From the NCBI GenBank assembly GCA_051294375.1, contig CM119269.1, positions 1,814,537 to 1,878,536 on the forward strand: DNA of 64,000 bases, in the 5' to 3' direction. This stretch comes from Paraspadella gotoi (lineage: Eukaryota; Animalia; Chaetognatha). Both the position numbers and the translations under genes were made by a program. Within the stretch, counting starts at the first letter, position 1, and each line of letters starts with the position of its first letter. Shown one piece after another: positions 11,316 to 22,835 of the stretch. Under the pieces are notes generated by a model. It searched no databases. It saw only the letters and a list, made by a program, of their open reading frames with translations, and had not been told where the DNA came from.

Positions 11316-13622
11316 TTAAGCGTGCAAAAGTATCAACAAAGCCGGTAAAATGAAAAATATCAAAGCGGATTCATTAGCAAAATCGGTGACTTCTCTATCG
11401 GCCCACTCGGTAAAGTTGGAAAGAATTTCGTTATAAAACCACGACACGTAACGACGATAATTTGGACACGATTTAGAAGGAGAGTCTCCGAGATAAGATT
11501 GAAATAATGAGCAACACATTAAAGCTTTCTCAAAATTTTCAAGGTGAACGCGAAAACGTTCCTTCTGAATCGACCAAACATTCCAATTCTGGCGAATCTT
11601 TGTTACGGATTTAATTTCGCGACCGCATCCATCGAGCATAAAGTAAAGCGTCGCGTAAAATGAAGAAAAAATCGTAATTAAAATGATTTTTTTGAAAAAC
11701 TCGCATTTTTCGTCTTTGACTTTAACTGCGAAAAGAGAATTGAAAAAGGGAAAAAACGTGAGACAAACTAAGAAAAAAAAATTTTCACTGAAAATGTGAT
11801 AAAGAAACATTTGCTTTTCGAGGTCGACGATAGAAATCCACGGAACTTTTACGGGTCGAAAATTGATACAATCTCGAATGGATGTCAAAGCGTCCGAATA
11901 TTTTTTATCGTCGAAAAGTCGAACTTTAAAAAAGATTAAGTAATTAACGAAGCAAGAAAAAAGCAAAGATGAAAGAATGTGGGCACCATGAAGTATTTTG
12001 CTGTCCGCTCTTGAAACAAATTTTTTCGCGATCAGTAGAATACATGAAAATATGACTAAGGGACAAAAATTAGCGATGAGGACATCATCCCAAAAAGATT
12101 TTTCTTGTTTTATCGATATTTGTAGTTGCGCTGATTTGCTTTTTTCGTAAAGGACCAAACCTTCCCAAAATATAAAAAAACAAGCCGACTCGATGACTAA
12201 AATTAGGCCGAAAAATTTTTTGTAGGATCTCAGCAGGAGAATTGAATCCAATATTAGAATGATCGGTTCTAACAAAAAAAACATGTATATAAATTTTTCT
12301 TCTGAAAAAAATAACGCTGCGTTCCCAAGAAACATCATCATAAACGTTTTAGTTGTGAAAATTGGTCGGGATCTTGGAACAAACAAAGCTTCAAAATGAT
12401 TTGATAAAGCATTTTCCCACTTTGCTGGATTTTCGTTTTTTTTAACGACCACCCGAAATATTTTCGTCTCATTTCCCAATTTAAAATTCTCAATGTCCAG
12501 CTTTATGAACGAACGATAGGCGTTGTTCCAATTAGCAAAAACCCACTGCATCGGGCTCAGCGCGACTGATTCCATATTTCCTTTGTGCAGTTTGAAATTA
12601 AACCCGAGAGAAATAATGGCCAGAGTGAAACAGATTTGGGTAAGTCTCTGAACTGAGTCGTTACCGATGTTTAGACATGAGCGGTTGTCAAAGAAATTCC
12701 AATTCCGCTTGATTGACTTGAAAAAATATACGAGTTCGGACAAAGTGAAGACTCGTGCTACTAAAAAAGGCGCGAGAACGAGAAAGAAAAACGAGTATTC
12801 CACGCTTTGGAAAAAGATGAGAAAGACGCCCAGCCCGAGACCGAGAGAGGTTTGCGCGCATCCCACGACGCAGCTCGCTTTCTTCACCAAATCGTTCCCT
12901 TCAAAATTTATCTTAGAGTTTCGAAGGTTGAACACGACGCCGATCAAAGTCGTGGAGGACAAAGCGATCGAGAGGAGGCTGTTGTAATTCAGCATTCTCC
13001 AACTGCAAAGCAGCGCATTTTCTCCCCCTTCCGCTTTACACCAACAAATCACGTCGGTTTGAGTGAGGCTTTTGTTGCTTTCGTGATAGTGATACATCGT
13101 TCCGTTCAATTTTCTTGTGAATAAGTCGCGTTCGAGGTAAGCATTCAAATCTGGCAAGCATTGGTCGTCGTTCGGAAAGACCAATGAGAAAATAGTCGAT
13201 GCCGTTTGAAGCAACAATTGCAAAAACGACTCGAGGAAAGCTTGAATTATGTTCAAATTGAACAAATGATTTTCTTTGAATTCAAAAACGAGCGGATCAA
13301 CGATCTCACTCATCAAATAAAAATCGAGTGATAGAGGAATGGTCGACAAACCAAAAGCGTGAAGAAGCACGGTGAACGTTTTTCGCCACGACGTTCCCCA
13401 GATGCGGGCAAAATGGTCCCTATGCTTGACAATTACGCCCAGACCGTATGTCATCGAGACGACGCTATGAGCCAGGAACACGGCCAAAAGTAAACGGCCC
13501 AATAGTCTGGTCATGTGATGATTTGACGAAAGGTGATCGGCGACTGCCTTGGCGTCCGTGGCCAAATCGGCCGTCGCAAGAATAGTCAGGATTAAAAGTT
13601 CCATCTTCTTGCAGGTCTCCAT
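11316..13622 (-). CDS. Intronless XK-related (XKR/Ced-8 family, phospholipid scramblase-like) multipass membrane protein, 768 aa
   Basis: Longest non-repetitive ORF in the window. XK-family-like motifs: ILATADLATD (TM1, cf. xxDxxTD), QAFLESFLQLLLQ (cf. EAFLESAPQLxLQ) and LLSIALSS. Many further hydrophobic segments. Confidence 0.8.
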   Translation of the reverse strand: METCKKMELLILTILATADLATDAKAVADHLSSNHHMTRLLGRLLLAVFLAHSVVSMTYGLGVIVKHRDHFARIWGTSWRKTFTVLLHAFGLSTIPLSLDFYLMSEIVDPLVFEFKENHLFNLNIIQAFLESFLQLLLQTASTIFSLVFPNDDQCLPDLNAYLERDLFTRKLNGTMYHYHESNKSLTQTDVICWCKAEGGENALLCSWRMLNYNSLLSIALSSTTLIGVVFNLRNSKINFEGNDLVKKASCVVGCAQTSLGLGLGVFLIFFQSVEYSFFFLVLAPFLVARVFTLSELVYFFKSIKRNWNFFDNRSCLNIGNDSVQRLTQICFTLAIISLGFNFKLHKGNMESVALSPMQWVFANWNNAYRSFIKLDIENFKLGNETKIFRVVVKKNENPAKWENALSNHFEALFVPRSRPIFTTKTFMMMFLGNAALFFSEEKFIYMFFLLEPIILILDSILLLRSYKKFFGLILVIESACFFIFWEGLVLYEKSKSAQLQISIKQEKSFWDDVLIANFCPLVIFSCILLIAKKFVSRADSKILHGAHILSSLLFSCFVNYLIFFKVRLFDDKKYSDALTSIRDCINFRPVKVPWISIVDLEKQMFLYHIFSENFFFLVCLTFFPFFNSLFAVKVKDEKCEFFKKIILITIFSSFYATLYFMLDGCGREIKSVTKIRQNWNVWSIQKERFRVHLENFEKALMCCSLFQSYLGDSPSKSCPNYRRYVSWFYNEILSNFTEWADREVTDFANESALIFFILPALLILLHA

Positions 13623-14379
13623 TTGTTTTAAAAAAAGATTATATTCTTTACTTCATATATACCTTTAAATTTACTAGTTATTAAATAAAATATTTGTTAG
13701 TTTGATCTAATTTATTTATTCGTACAAAAACTTTTTTTATTTAATTTATTACATTATTGATCCGGACTTATCTTGAGATTAGAATCCAATAAAAAAAATT
13801 TGGGTTTTGTTTTGTTTTGGCTAATTTGGGTTTTGTTTTGTTTTGGCTAATTTTCTCGCCTTCGTCAACACAAAATGAGTCGTGAAAAAATTTAACAGAT
13901 TTGGTATTGAGAGAAAAACATGTATTCACAACTTATTTTGCGCTGAGGAAGGCTAATAAATTGTACAATTTTTTTTTTGAAAATAAAAATTAATTCGTTC
14001 TCTGAAAAAAAAAAACAAAACAAAACAATTTTTTTTATATTTGAATATATTGAAACAAAGTCGTTTGAAACTACGGAATCTTGGGTATAATTGATAATTT
14101 GATAAGTTTTAAAGACTTGCTATGTTTCGGTTAGATCTTTGCTCCACTGTGCGTATTTATTTGGTGTGTCAGATGAAAAACGTCATTATATTTGTATCAT
14201 CCGACTGATTGTTTTCGTTTATTAGCTTTGTAATAACGACGATTATCGATTTTTTTTCTTCCCTTTATTATTAATATTCCATCATATCTAAAACGAAAAA
14301 AAAATAAAAAAGCTTATGATAATTCCTCTACAGTCGAGGGACATCTCTTTATCTTGACAATACCAACAGACAAAAATAT

Positions 14380-14688
14380 AATCAAGTATTTTAATCGACA
14401 ACAAAAATTTAATCTAAGCTATTTTAATCAACAACAAAAATCTAATCTAGTATTTTAATCGACAACAAAAATTTAATAAAATCTATTTTAATCAACAACA
14501 AAATTTAATCTAATCTATTTTAATAAACAACAAAAATTTAATCTAATCTAGGGAAGTGGTTAGGGTTAGGGAAGTGGTTCGCGTGTGATGGGGTTAAGGT
14601 TAGGGTTAGGGAAGTGGTTCGCGCTTGATGTCGCTGCTTACCGCTAAATGGTCGCGTGCAGATCCGACATTGTTTGCTCAAACTTGTT
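14380..14688 (+). mobile_element. Third HINE-family copy (terminal part) with ~32-bp AT-rich tandem repeats and TTAGGG motifs
   Basis: GCAGATCCGACATTGTTTGCTCAAACTTGTT (14659-14688) is the reverse complement of the start of the 54790 copy. It is preceded by AACAAAAATTTAATCTA... repeats and two TAGGGTTAGGGAAGTGGTTCGCG units. Confidence 0.55.
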
Positions 14689-15348
14689 TATTACAAAAAA
14701 TGGCATGTTAGTGTTTCGACTATATTTGGGAAGGAGTTATCATCAGCGCTTGAAGAAGAAGACTCGAAAGATAAAAATAATAATAAAAGTAATAAACGAT
14801 AATGCCGACAGAATCCGATCTGCCTAGAAATAATTAGGGATGACGTAAGTCTCAGATATTAATTTTCTCAGCAGCAACTGACTTGGTAATGTTTTTTGAG
14901 CGTAAACCAAATAGATAGTTGTGGCGGTATAACCACACCTCCGATATGATAAATCTTGCATCGCAAAAGAAAATCAGAGCAGCGCAACACTTTGAACTTA
15001 CCAGTTTAAAGAAAAAAGAACGGATAATATTCATAAAATGTTTAATATCAAGTTTATAAAAATGTGTTTTACTCTCCGTCGCCTAAAGAGAAACAGAGAT
15101 AAAAATTTCAGGAGATTACATTCATTTCAGTTTTATTGTTTGCCTCCCGCGATTATCAAGCGTGTGCTCTAGTATTTCCTCTCTCTCTCTCTCTTGCTTT
15201 CTTAATCACGTTCTATCCGAGTTTTGTTTTCCGCGTGAATCTCATTCACCACAAAAGTCACGTGACACGAATCTGGGTCAGTTTTGTTTTCCTCCTGAAA
15301 AAAAGGTTGGGCGAAGGAACGAGTGAATCAGCGGAAGTGGGAAAGGGC

Positions 15349-15507
15349 AGAAAAGGTAGGGACTGATAAAGAAGAAAAAGAAGGGGAGAAAAGGTAGGGA
15401 CTGATATTGATAAAGAAGAAAAATAAGGGGAGAAAAGGTAGGGACTGATAAAGAATAAAAAGAAGGGGAGAAAAGGTAGGGACTGATAAAGAAGAAAAAG
15501 AAGGGGA
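15349..15507. repeat. ~38-44-bp purine-rich tandem repeat, 4 copies
   Basis: AGAAAAGGTAGGGACTGATAAAGAA...AAGGGG units. Confidence 0.85.
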
Positions 15508-16874
15508 AAAAAAATGAAAGCATTGACCAATGCGGAGAAGGGGAGAAAAACAGAAGGGCTAGAAAAAAATAGTAGAATAGGTTGAATAGTCGAAGAAGCA
15601 AGGGTAAGAGAAAGAAAAAGAGATTAAATGCACAAGGATAAGTGTGAAATATTGCCTCGCGCTGGGTCAATCTGTACTGACCTAAGCTGACCTTATCTTT
15701 TCACCGTCTAGTTGCTTTCGTGCGGCTTCTTTTAGCCTAAAATTCGCGCAGAATCAAGTAAGGTATTCACATCGGCCGTCGGGAACTTAGTTTTCACAGG
15801 TTCCACAGATTAATACAAATTTAACCACAAAAACCACTACAATTTCTTGATTTGTGTGTCTCCAAATAAACGTTTTTCAGAATTTATTCGGCATTTATTG
15901 CTGCTTTCAAGATTTAGTGAGCTACAGGAATCTTGGTCTACCGACGTTAAAACGGACGGCTGACGTCTAGATCGCTTGACCGTGGGCGTAGAAAACAAAT
16001 ATTTTCTACAATAAGATTAAGAGAAGCAAATTACCAAAAAAAGAGAAATTTAAAGGACGAGTTAAGAGTTAAGAGTAAAAAAATTAGTTTTAAAAGGAAG
16101 AGAGAATCGGGCGGAAGGGGGGGGGGATAATGTTATGCCAAAAATGGCGGAGAGACGCGTGGTCGTTTCTGGATGCGATAAAATCTGGATTATGATCAAT
16201 TCGTTTCCCACTCACGCCGAATGGCTTTCCCCGTTGTTGCTGTTGTGGTCGTCGTCGTCGTCGTCGTCGTCGTCGTCTGTTTCGTTATTATATTTGTTTC
16301 TATGTTGTTGGGACTCGAATCTCGATGAGAGAGAAAAAGAGGAAAATGAAGAAGGAATAAAATGGAAGAGGAAAACATCGCTCGGGTTCGTGATCGTAAA
16401 AAAAAATTAGTCGTTGATTCCGTACGATATATTTTATCGGAATTAGTTAAATATTTTCCCCACATTCAAAATGAGAAATAATTTTTTTTTAATACAAATA
16501 AATTCCCCCCGTCGTTTGGATTAAAGTTTAATTTTCGTTTATTAGTGAATTTACGACGCTTCATACGCGTCCTTTTGTGAAATGTTCGTGACGTCTCTCA
16601 GCGTGGGACTTTAAAACTGAGGGGGGGGGGATGATCATGATGACGGGTCGGAGTCGGTCGAGCTGCTTCATCCTCATCATCTTTAATATTATTCTCTTTG
16701 ATTTCTCTCAACCATCGCACATCCCTCCAGTCAATTTTCCCACCCTCTTGAAAAAAGAGAGAAATTAATTGCAATTCTATTGAAACCTGTCAGTAGCACA
16801 AGTTGTTTTTTTTTTAAATTGTATTGTAAAGGATCATCGTTCGTTGAGAATCTGTCAACGAGGCGGCTGATGTC

Positions 16875-17085
16875 ACAACAAAAGTGAGATATGCGGCGTC
16901 TGTGATTGACAACAAAAGTGAGATATGCGGCGTCTGTGATTGACAACAAAAGTGAGATATGCGGCGTCTGTGATTGACAACAAAAGTGAGATATGCGGCG
17001 TCTGTGATTGACAACAAAAGTGAGATATGCGGCGTCTGTGATTGACAACAAAAGTGAGATATGCGGCGTCTGTGATTGACAACAA
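16875..17085. repeat. 34-bp perfect minisatellite, 6 copies
   Basis: ACAACAAAAGTGAGATATGCGGCGTCTGTGATTG at 16875, 16909, 16943, 16977, 17011 and 17045, with no spacers. Confidence 0.97.
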
Positions 17086-17134
17086 AGAAACAACTCTCGA
17101 TCCCACGACGAACGTTGAGCGCGACGAGGAAAAA

Positions 17135-17315
17135 AAATATTATGATTTGTTGTTAGTTAAAAGACAATAAATCGAGATTATGGCTTCGATATTCATGAAA
17201 GGGGAAACTCTTGATTCTCTCTTTTTTTTGATAAGATACGAGTTGTTGCCTTCACCTCTACTTTCCTTTCCTGTCGATACGAGTCAATTTTCTCCATTTC
17301 ATTTTCTTTCTCTCT

Positions 17316-17386
<71 letters not shown>

Positions 17387-18154
17387 CTCTCTCTCTCTCT
17401 CTCTTCTTCTCTCTCTCCGCCCCCCCCGGCCTTGCCCTGCTTCCAAGTCACGCCCATCGGGGCCAAGGGCGCCATAAACTCAGAGAGACGCTGACCCTAA
17501 ATGGAGTCGTCGTCGTCGTCGTCCACACCGTCGCTGTCAACTTTGTCGTCGTTGTTGTCGTCGATGTCCCCTTTTTCTCTGTCGTTGTCAATGTCGTCGT
17601 GTCGTCGTCGTCGTCGTCGTCGTCCTGCTCTTTTTCCCGCCGTAAATAAAACGGTGATGGAACAAGAATAACAAAGAGAAAAACCTGAGTCGGTGACGTG
17701 AGATTCTGATGGAACCATAACGAGACCTAATTAAATAAGGAGAACTCAATTCCATTAGCTTTTTCCACCAAAAGTTTGAAGGAACCTAATTTACGTATTA
17801 TTTTAGCCAAGTCTTATCTGTTTGGCTTATCGCTCCCTCATCGAAGATTTATTTCTCTTTCAGGTCGACTTTTTCCCCAAACCTTTTTTCTATTTCATGA
17901 TGACCTTCTTCAAAACAATTCTTCCACAACCGCTAGTTATTTTTTTTCTTCTTTTTTTTAGTTCAAGTATAACCGAGTATAGTTGTGTATGGATTTTTAA
18001 ACTTATCGGGTATAAGAGTATGAGTCCGAGTATGAGTTTTTCTAAAAACCTTATAAACTTAAACATATAACATATAACATTAGGTACGGTGCAAATAGAA
18101 ATAAATTAAATATGTAATGGTAATATATCAAAATTTCAACATTACGTAGTCATT

Positions 18155-18191
<37 letters not shown>

Positions 18192-20593
18192 NNNNNNNNN
18201 NNNNNNNNNNNNNNNNNNNNNNNNNNNNNNNNNNNNNNNNNNNNNNNNNNNNNNNNNNNNNNNNNNNNNNNNNNNNNNNNNNNNNNNNNNNNNNNNNNNN
18301 NNNNNNNNNNNNNNNTCTCTCTCTCTGTCTCTTTCAATCTATCTCAGCAATTTATTAATGGCATACCCCTCGTTGAGTGACGTTGAAGCTGATGTGACGA
18401 CGTCGCCCGACTTGTTGACATTTCTAGTCGGCGTTGGCGTGATAGTGAGCGTTGACGCACCACAAAGGTGGCGGTGACGCGCCATGAATCGTTGGTGCGC
18501 CATGAAATGATGAAACGACGCCGTGAAACATGAGCGTGACGTAGAGATGACGGTTCGACACGGTTCATAGTTCAGAATGGAATCAGCTGCAGAATGGAAT
18601 CAGCTACAGAATGGAATCAGCTGCAGAATGGAATCAGCTGCAGAATGGAATCAGCTGCAGAATGGAATCAGCTGCAGAATGGAATCAGCTGCAGTAACGA
18701 TTCAGATGTGTCGATTGATTTTTAATGAATCTGACAAAACAAAGAATCGATCGAAATGCGAAACGAGAAATCAATGAGACTTATTTTTGTTTTGTTTTAT
18801 GTTTTTTTTGTTTTCTTCTCTGCTTGGTGTCTTTATAAAAAGCAATTTAAACCAAGAAAAAACTCTCTGTATCAAACCCTGTGAGTGTGAGGTTAAAGGA
18901 ATCAGACTCGGCGTCACGGACGCAGATGTGAATTTAAGACAGCGTTGGATCTTTATGGGATTATGTGATTTGCGTCACTTGACTCCACGGTTTTCATGAT
19001 TTTCCTTTGGTATTATTGTTTGTTTTAAAAATGTTTATGTTTATGTTTTCTTGTTTCCTGATTTCATTTTGCTTTCAACACCGATTTTGGCAGGAGATTA
19101 AGTCGTTAATGAAATTGATTTGGTCTTTACATGCCAATAATATGAAGAAAAATTTTTTTTTTTCTGGAGTTAAAGTTTCTTTTTAAATAAGCACTGATCT
19201 TCAGAGACTTCTGTGTCTCTCAAAGGTGCAGAACCTTTTTGAAAATTCATTCAAGGACCCAAAGTTTTTTTTTGGTTTCATTGAATGACCTTGACCTTTT
19301 CTGTAGCTACTGTAGCTCTAGCTCTAGGAGAGAGTGAAGGCCTCCGCTCATCGTAAAAGACTTTTTGCGAAAATGGAGAAAATGGAGAAAATGGAGAAAA
19401 TGGAGAAAATGGAGAAAGACCAAAATTTAAAAACTCATTTCAAATGAGTCATTTGTAAGCGGAAAGGAAACCGTGAGGAGAGATAAAATGTNNNNNNNNN
19501 NNNNNNNNNNNNNNNNNNNNNNNNNNNNNNNNNNNNNNNNNNNNNNNNNNNNNNNNNNNNNNNNNNNNNNNNNNNNNNNNNNNNNNNNNNNNNNNNNNNN
19601 NNNNNNNNNNNNNNNNNNNNNNNNNNNNNNNNNNNNNNNNNNNNNNNNNNNNNNNNNNNNNNNNNNNNNNNNNNNNNNNNNNNNNNNNNNNNNNNNNNNN
19701 NNNNNNNNNNNNNNNNNNNNNNNNNNNNNNNNNNNCTTTGTGACTCTTAGAAATTTCAATCGAGTGAACGAGGTTTTCGTTGTATCTTCCAAATTCCATC
19801 TGGGATTTTCAATTTGTTTCGGTGTTGTCAAGACCTTCTCTTCTCACTCACCAATCTCGGGCGACAAGGACAAAAGGAGGAGGAGGATATTACATTATTT
19901 AATTTATTTCTATTTGCACCGGTACTATATGTTATATGTTTATATGATTAAGTTTATAAGGTTTTTAGAAAAACTCATACTGGGACTCATACTCTTATAC
20001 CCGATAAGTTTAAAAATCCATACACAACTATACTCGGTTATACTTGAACTAAAAAAAGAAGAAAAAAAATAACTAGCGGTTGTGGAAGGAATTGTTTTTG
20101 AAGAAGGTCATCATGAAATAGAAAAGAAGGTTTGGGGAAAAAGTGTCGACCTGAAAAGAGAAATAAATCTTCGATGAGGGAAGCGATAAGCAAACGGATA
20201 AGACTTGTGCTAAAATAAGTACGTTTAGGTTCCTTCAAACTTTTGGTGGAAAAAGCTAATGGAATTGAGTTCTCCTTATTTAATTAGGTTCTCGTTAGTG
20301 TTCCATCAGAATCTCACGTCAACGACTCAGGTTTTCTCTTTGTTATTCTTGTTCCATCACCGTTTTATTTACGGCGGGAAAAGAGCAGGACGACGAACGA
20401 CGACGTACGACGACACGACGACATTGACAACGACAGAGAAAAAGGGGACATCGACGACAACAACGACGACAAAGTTGACAGCGACGGTGTGGCGACGACG
20501 ACGACGACTCCATTTAGGGTCAGCGTTCCTCTGAGTTTATGCGCCCTTGGCCCCGATGGGCGTGACTTGGAAGCAGGGCAGAGGCAGGGGGGG

Positions 20594-20633
<40 letters not shown>

Positions 20634-20807
20634 AGAGAAGAGAGATGAAATGGAGAAAATTGACTCGTATCGACAGGAAAGGAAAGTAGAGGTGAAGGCA
20701 ACAACTCGTCTTATCAAAAAAAGAGAGAATAAAGAGTTTCCTTTCATGAATATCGAAGCCATATCTCGATTTATTGTCTTTTAACTAACAAAAATCATAA
20801 TATTTTT
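17135..20807. repeat. ~0.95-kb inverted duplication (arms ~17135-18115 and ~19890-20807)
   Basis: ATGGCTTCGATATTCATGAAAGG (~17180) is mirrored by CCTTTCATGAATATCGAAGCCAT (~20740). The arms differ mainly by small indels, and the spacer contains two N gaps. Confidence 0.9.
18574..18693. repeat. 17-bp minisatellite, ~7 copies
   Basis: (CAGAATGGAATCAGCTG)n. Confidence 0.95.
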
Positions 20808-21508
20808 CTGCATCTTACTTTCCTTATTGACCTAGTTCTCCTAACTTATCGTCTTTTTCTTCGGCTGAATGATACGGCTCGCATATTCCCGAATTATAAA
20901 CAGCAACAAGCCAGAGAGAGAGAGTTATTGAAAACAAAGCATTAGACAACGAGACGAGAAGCAGCAGACGAGAGCGGTGTGCACCTTTTTTGTACGTCTA
21001 CGATAATAGGAAAATCGCTTTTCTCAAGTTTTTTCACAATCAACGACATGTATCTCTCTCGCTCTCTCTCAATCTCTCTCTCTCTCGTCTTTTTTTTTTT
21101 TCCTGCAATCAGTGGCTTGTCACTGTCNNNNNNNNNNNNNNNNNNNNNNNNNCAGCACGCCAGAGAGAGAGACGCTTATTGAAACACAACACAACAAGAC
21201 AACAGTACTGACGAGAAGCAGCAGACGAGAGACGGCTGCTGACCTTTTTCTGTACGTTCTCACGATACTACGGAAAAATCGCTCTTTCTCACAGGTTTTT
21301 TCCAACAAACGACATGATCTCTCGACTCTCTCTCAATCTCTCCTCTCTCGTGTTGTTTTGTATCGCTTAATAATCAATGATCATTCAGCCGTAATAAAAA
21401 AAGACGATAAGTTAAGAGTAGTCAATAAGGAAATTAAATGAGAATAGGATTTCGATATTCGATTTGTATAAAAAATGAATTCTTATTCCCATACTTTTTC
21501 TTCTTCAG

Positions 21509-22499
21509 CGTCGGGAGACGATCTGACGCCGCCGACGCCGCCGACAACGAAAGACCCGCCGCCGACGCCCCCTCGATCCGGCGCCCACAACCGACGCCGC
21601 TTTCGTCGAAGCGCCGATTCATCCTCGAAAATCGGCGCCGATAAAATCCCTCGATTAAAATCGAACTTTTTCTCGATCCAAAAATCTTCTCTCAATTCCT
21701 CTGCTTTTTTCTCTTCTTGGTTCGACTCTTTTCCTCCTCTCTCCTCGTTCAACTCTTCACATCGATCTTACTCTCGTTCCTCCTTTTATCCTCATCCGCA
21801 TTTCCCTCCCGTTTCCTCCAATACTCCTTCCTCCTCTTCTTCTTCCTCCCCTTCTTCTTCCTCCCCTTCCCCTCTCTCCTTCACTCCCTCCACCGCTTCC
21901 GGTCCTTCCGACATCGATTCTCTTCCTCGACGTCCATCGACTTTTCGTCTCGAGGCGTCCACTGATTCCTCCGTCATTTCGTCGTCGTCGTCGTCGTTAT
22001 CTTCTTCTTCTTCGTCGTCCTCATTTTCTCCGTCTCCCTCCCAACCCTCTTTCTTTCCCCCTACGCCCTCTGTCGTGTCTCCCTCGAATCAAAGCCTTAC
22101 GAACGAAGAAACAATGAAATCAACGACGGAAACGACGACGACGACGACGACGACGATAACGATAACGACATCAGGGACGAATTGGACTCGCAGCGATTCC
22201 AAGGATCACGGCGCCGAAACGACACTCAATTCCGGCGACGTTTCCACGCCGGACGACGCCGTCGACGACGATGGCGCCAATGCGAGCGCGGTATTTCGAT
22301 CGCCACTCGGAAACGGGACAATAACAACTCCTTCTGATTGGTCAGCCTCTCTCTACCAATCGGAATCGAGCGAGACAATCGCGAACCAATCGGAATCGAG
22401 GAGATCGAACGTGAGGTTGTTTTTCGCCGAAGAATCTGGACCGAAGTTGGTGGACGTGGACGACGATTCGCCCTGGGACGAACCATTCGACTTTCAAAG
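21509..22499 (+). CDS. Large Ser/Thr/Pro-rich (mucin-like) exon, putative N-terminal part of the FZ-GAS1 gene
   Basis: Acceptor TTTTTCTTCTTCAG at 21508 and donor AAG|GTGAG at 22499/22500. Open frame of ~330 aa with RRRFRRS, several N-x-S/T sites and the end ...SPWDEPFDFQ(R). Phase 1 to phase 2. Confidence 0.6.
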
Positions 22500-22534
22500 G
22501 TGAGGATCACGAAGATGGTTTTAGTGATAACGAG

Positions 22535-22572
<38 letters not shown>

Positions 22573-22764
22573 CGTCGACGACGACGACGACCACGATGTT
22601 TCATTTTATGACGATTAAAACTTTAGCAAAGAAACGAAAATGAAATAACTTTTTAACAAAGTTGACGCCGACGAAGGATTTTGAATTCGACCAGAGGAGT
22701 AACGACATTGAATCGCTCTTTCTGTTATACTCGTTGCTCTTATTCTAGTTAAAAATCATTGTAG

Positions 22765-22835
22765 AAAATGTATTTAAATTTTCTATGCCTTTTGGGTCCC
22801 GTGTTCGAGGCGTCGCCCGTTCAAATTAGTACAAC
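22765..22835 (+). CDS. Damaged candidate exon for the N-terminal start of the FZ domain
   Basis: Acceptor TGTAG is phase 2, matching the 22499 donor; donor AAC|GTGAGT. Reads K-C-I, then after a 1-nt shift K-F-S-M-P-F-G-S-R-V-R-G-V-...-*-Y-N. This resembles the FZ start C-x-P-I-x-I-P-x-C-x-G-x-x-Y-N, but needs 2-3 corrections. Confidence 0.35.

Noticed and set aside
12667-13124. Plus-strand ORFs of 105-106 aa
   Set aside because: Antisense shadows of the XK-like CDS.
16875-17085. 34-bp repeats as a CRISPR array
   Set aside because: The units are contiguous with no spacers, there are no cas genes, and the context is eukaryotic.
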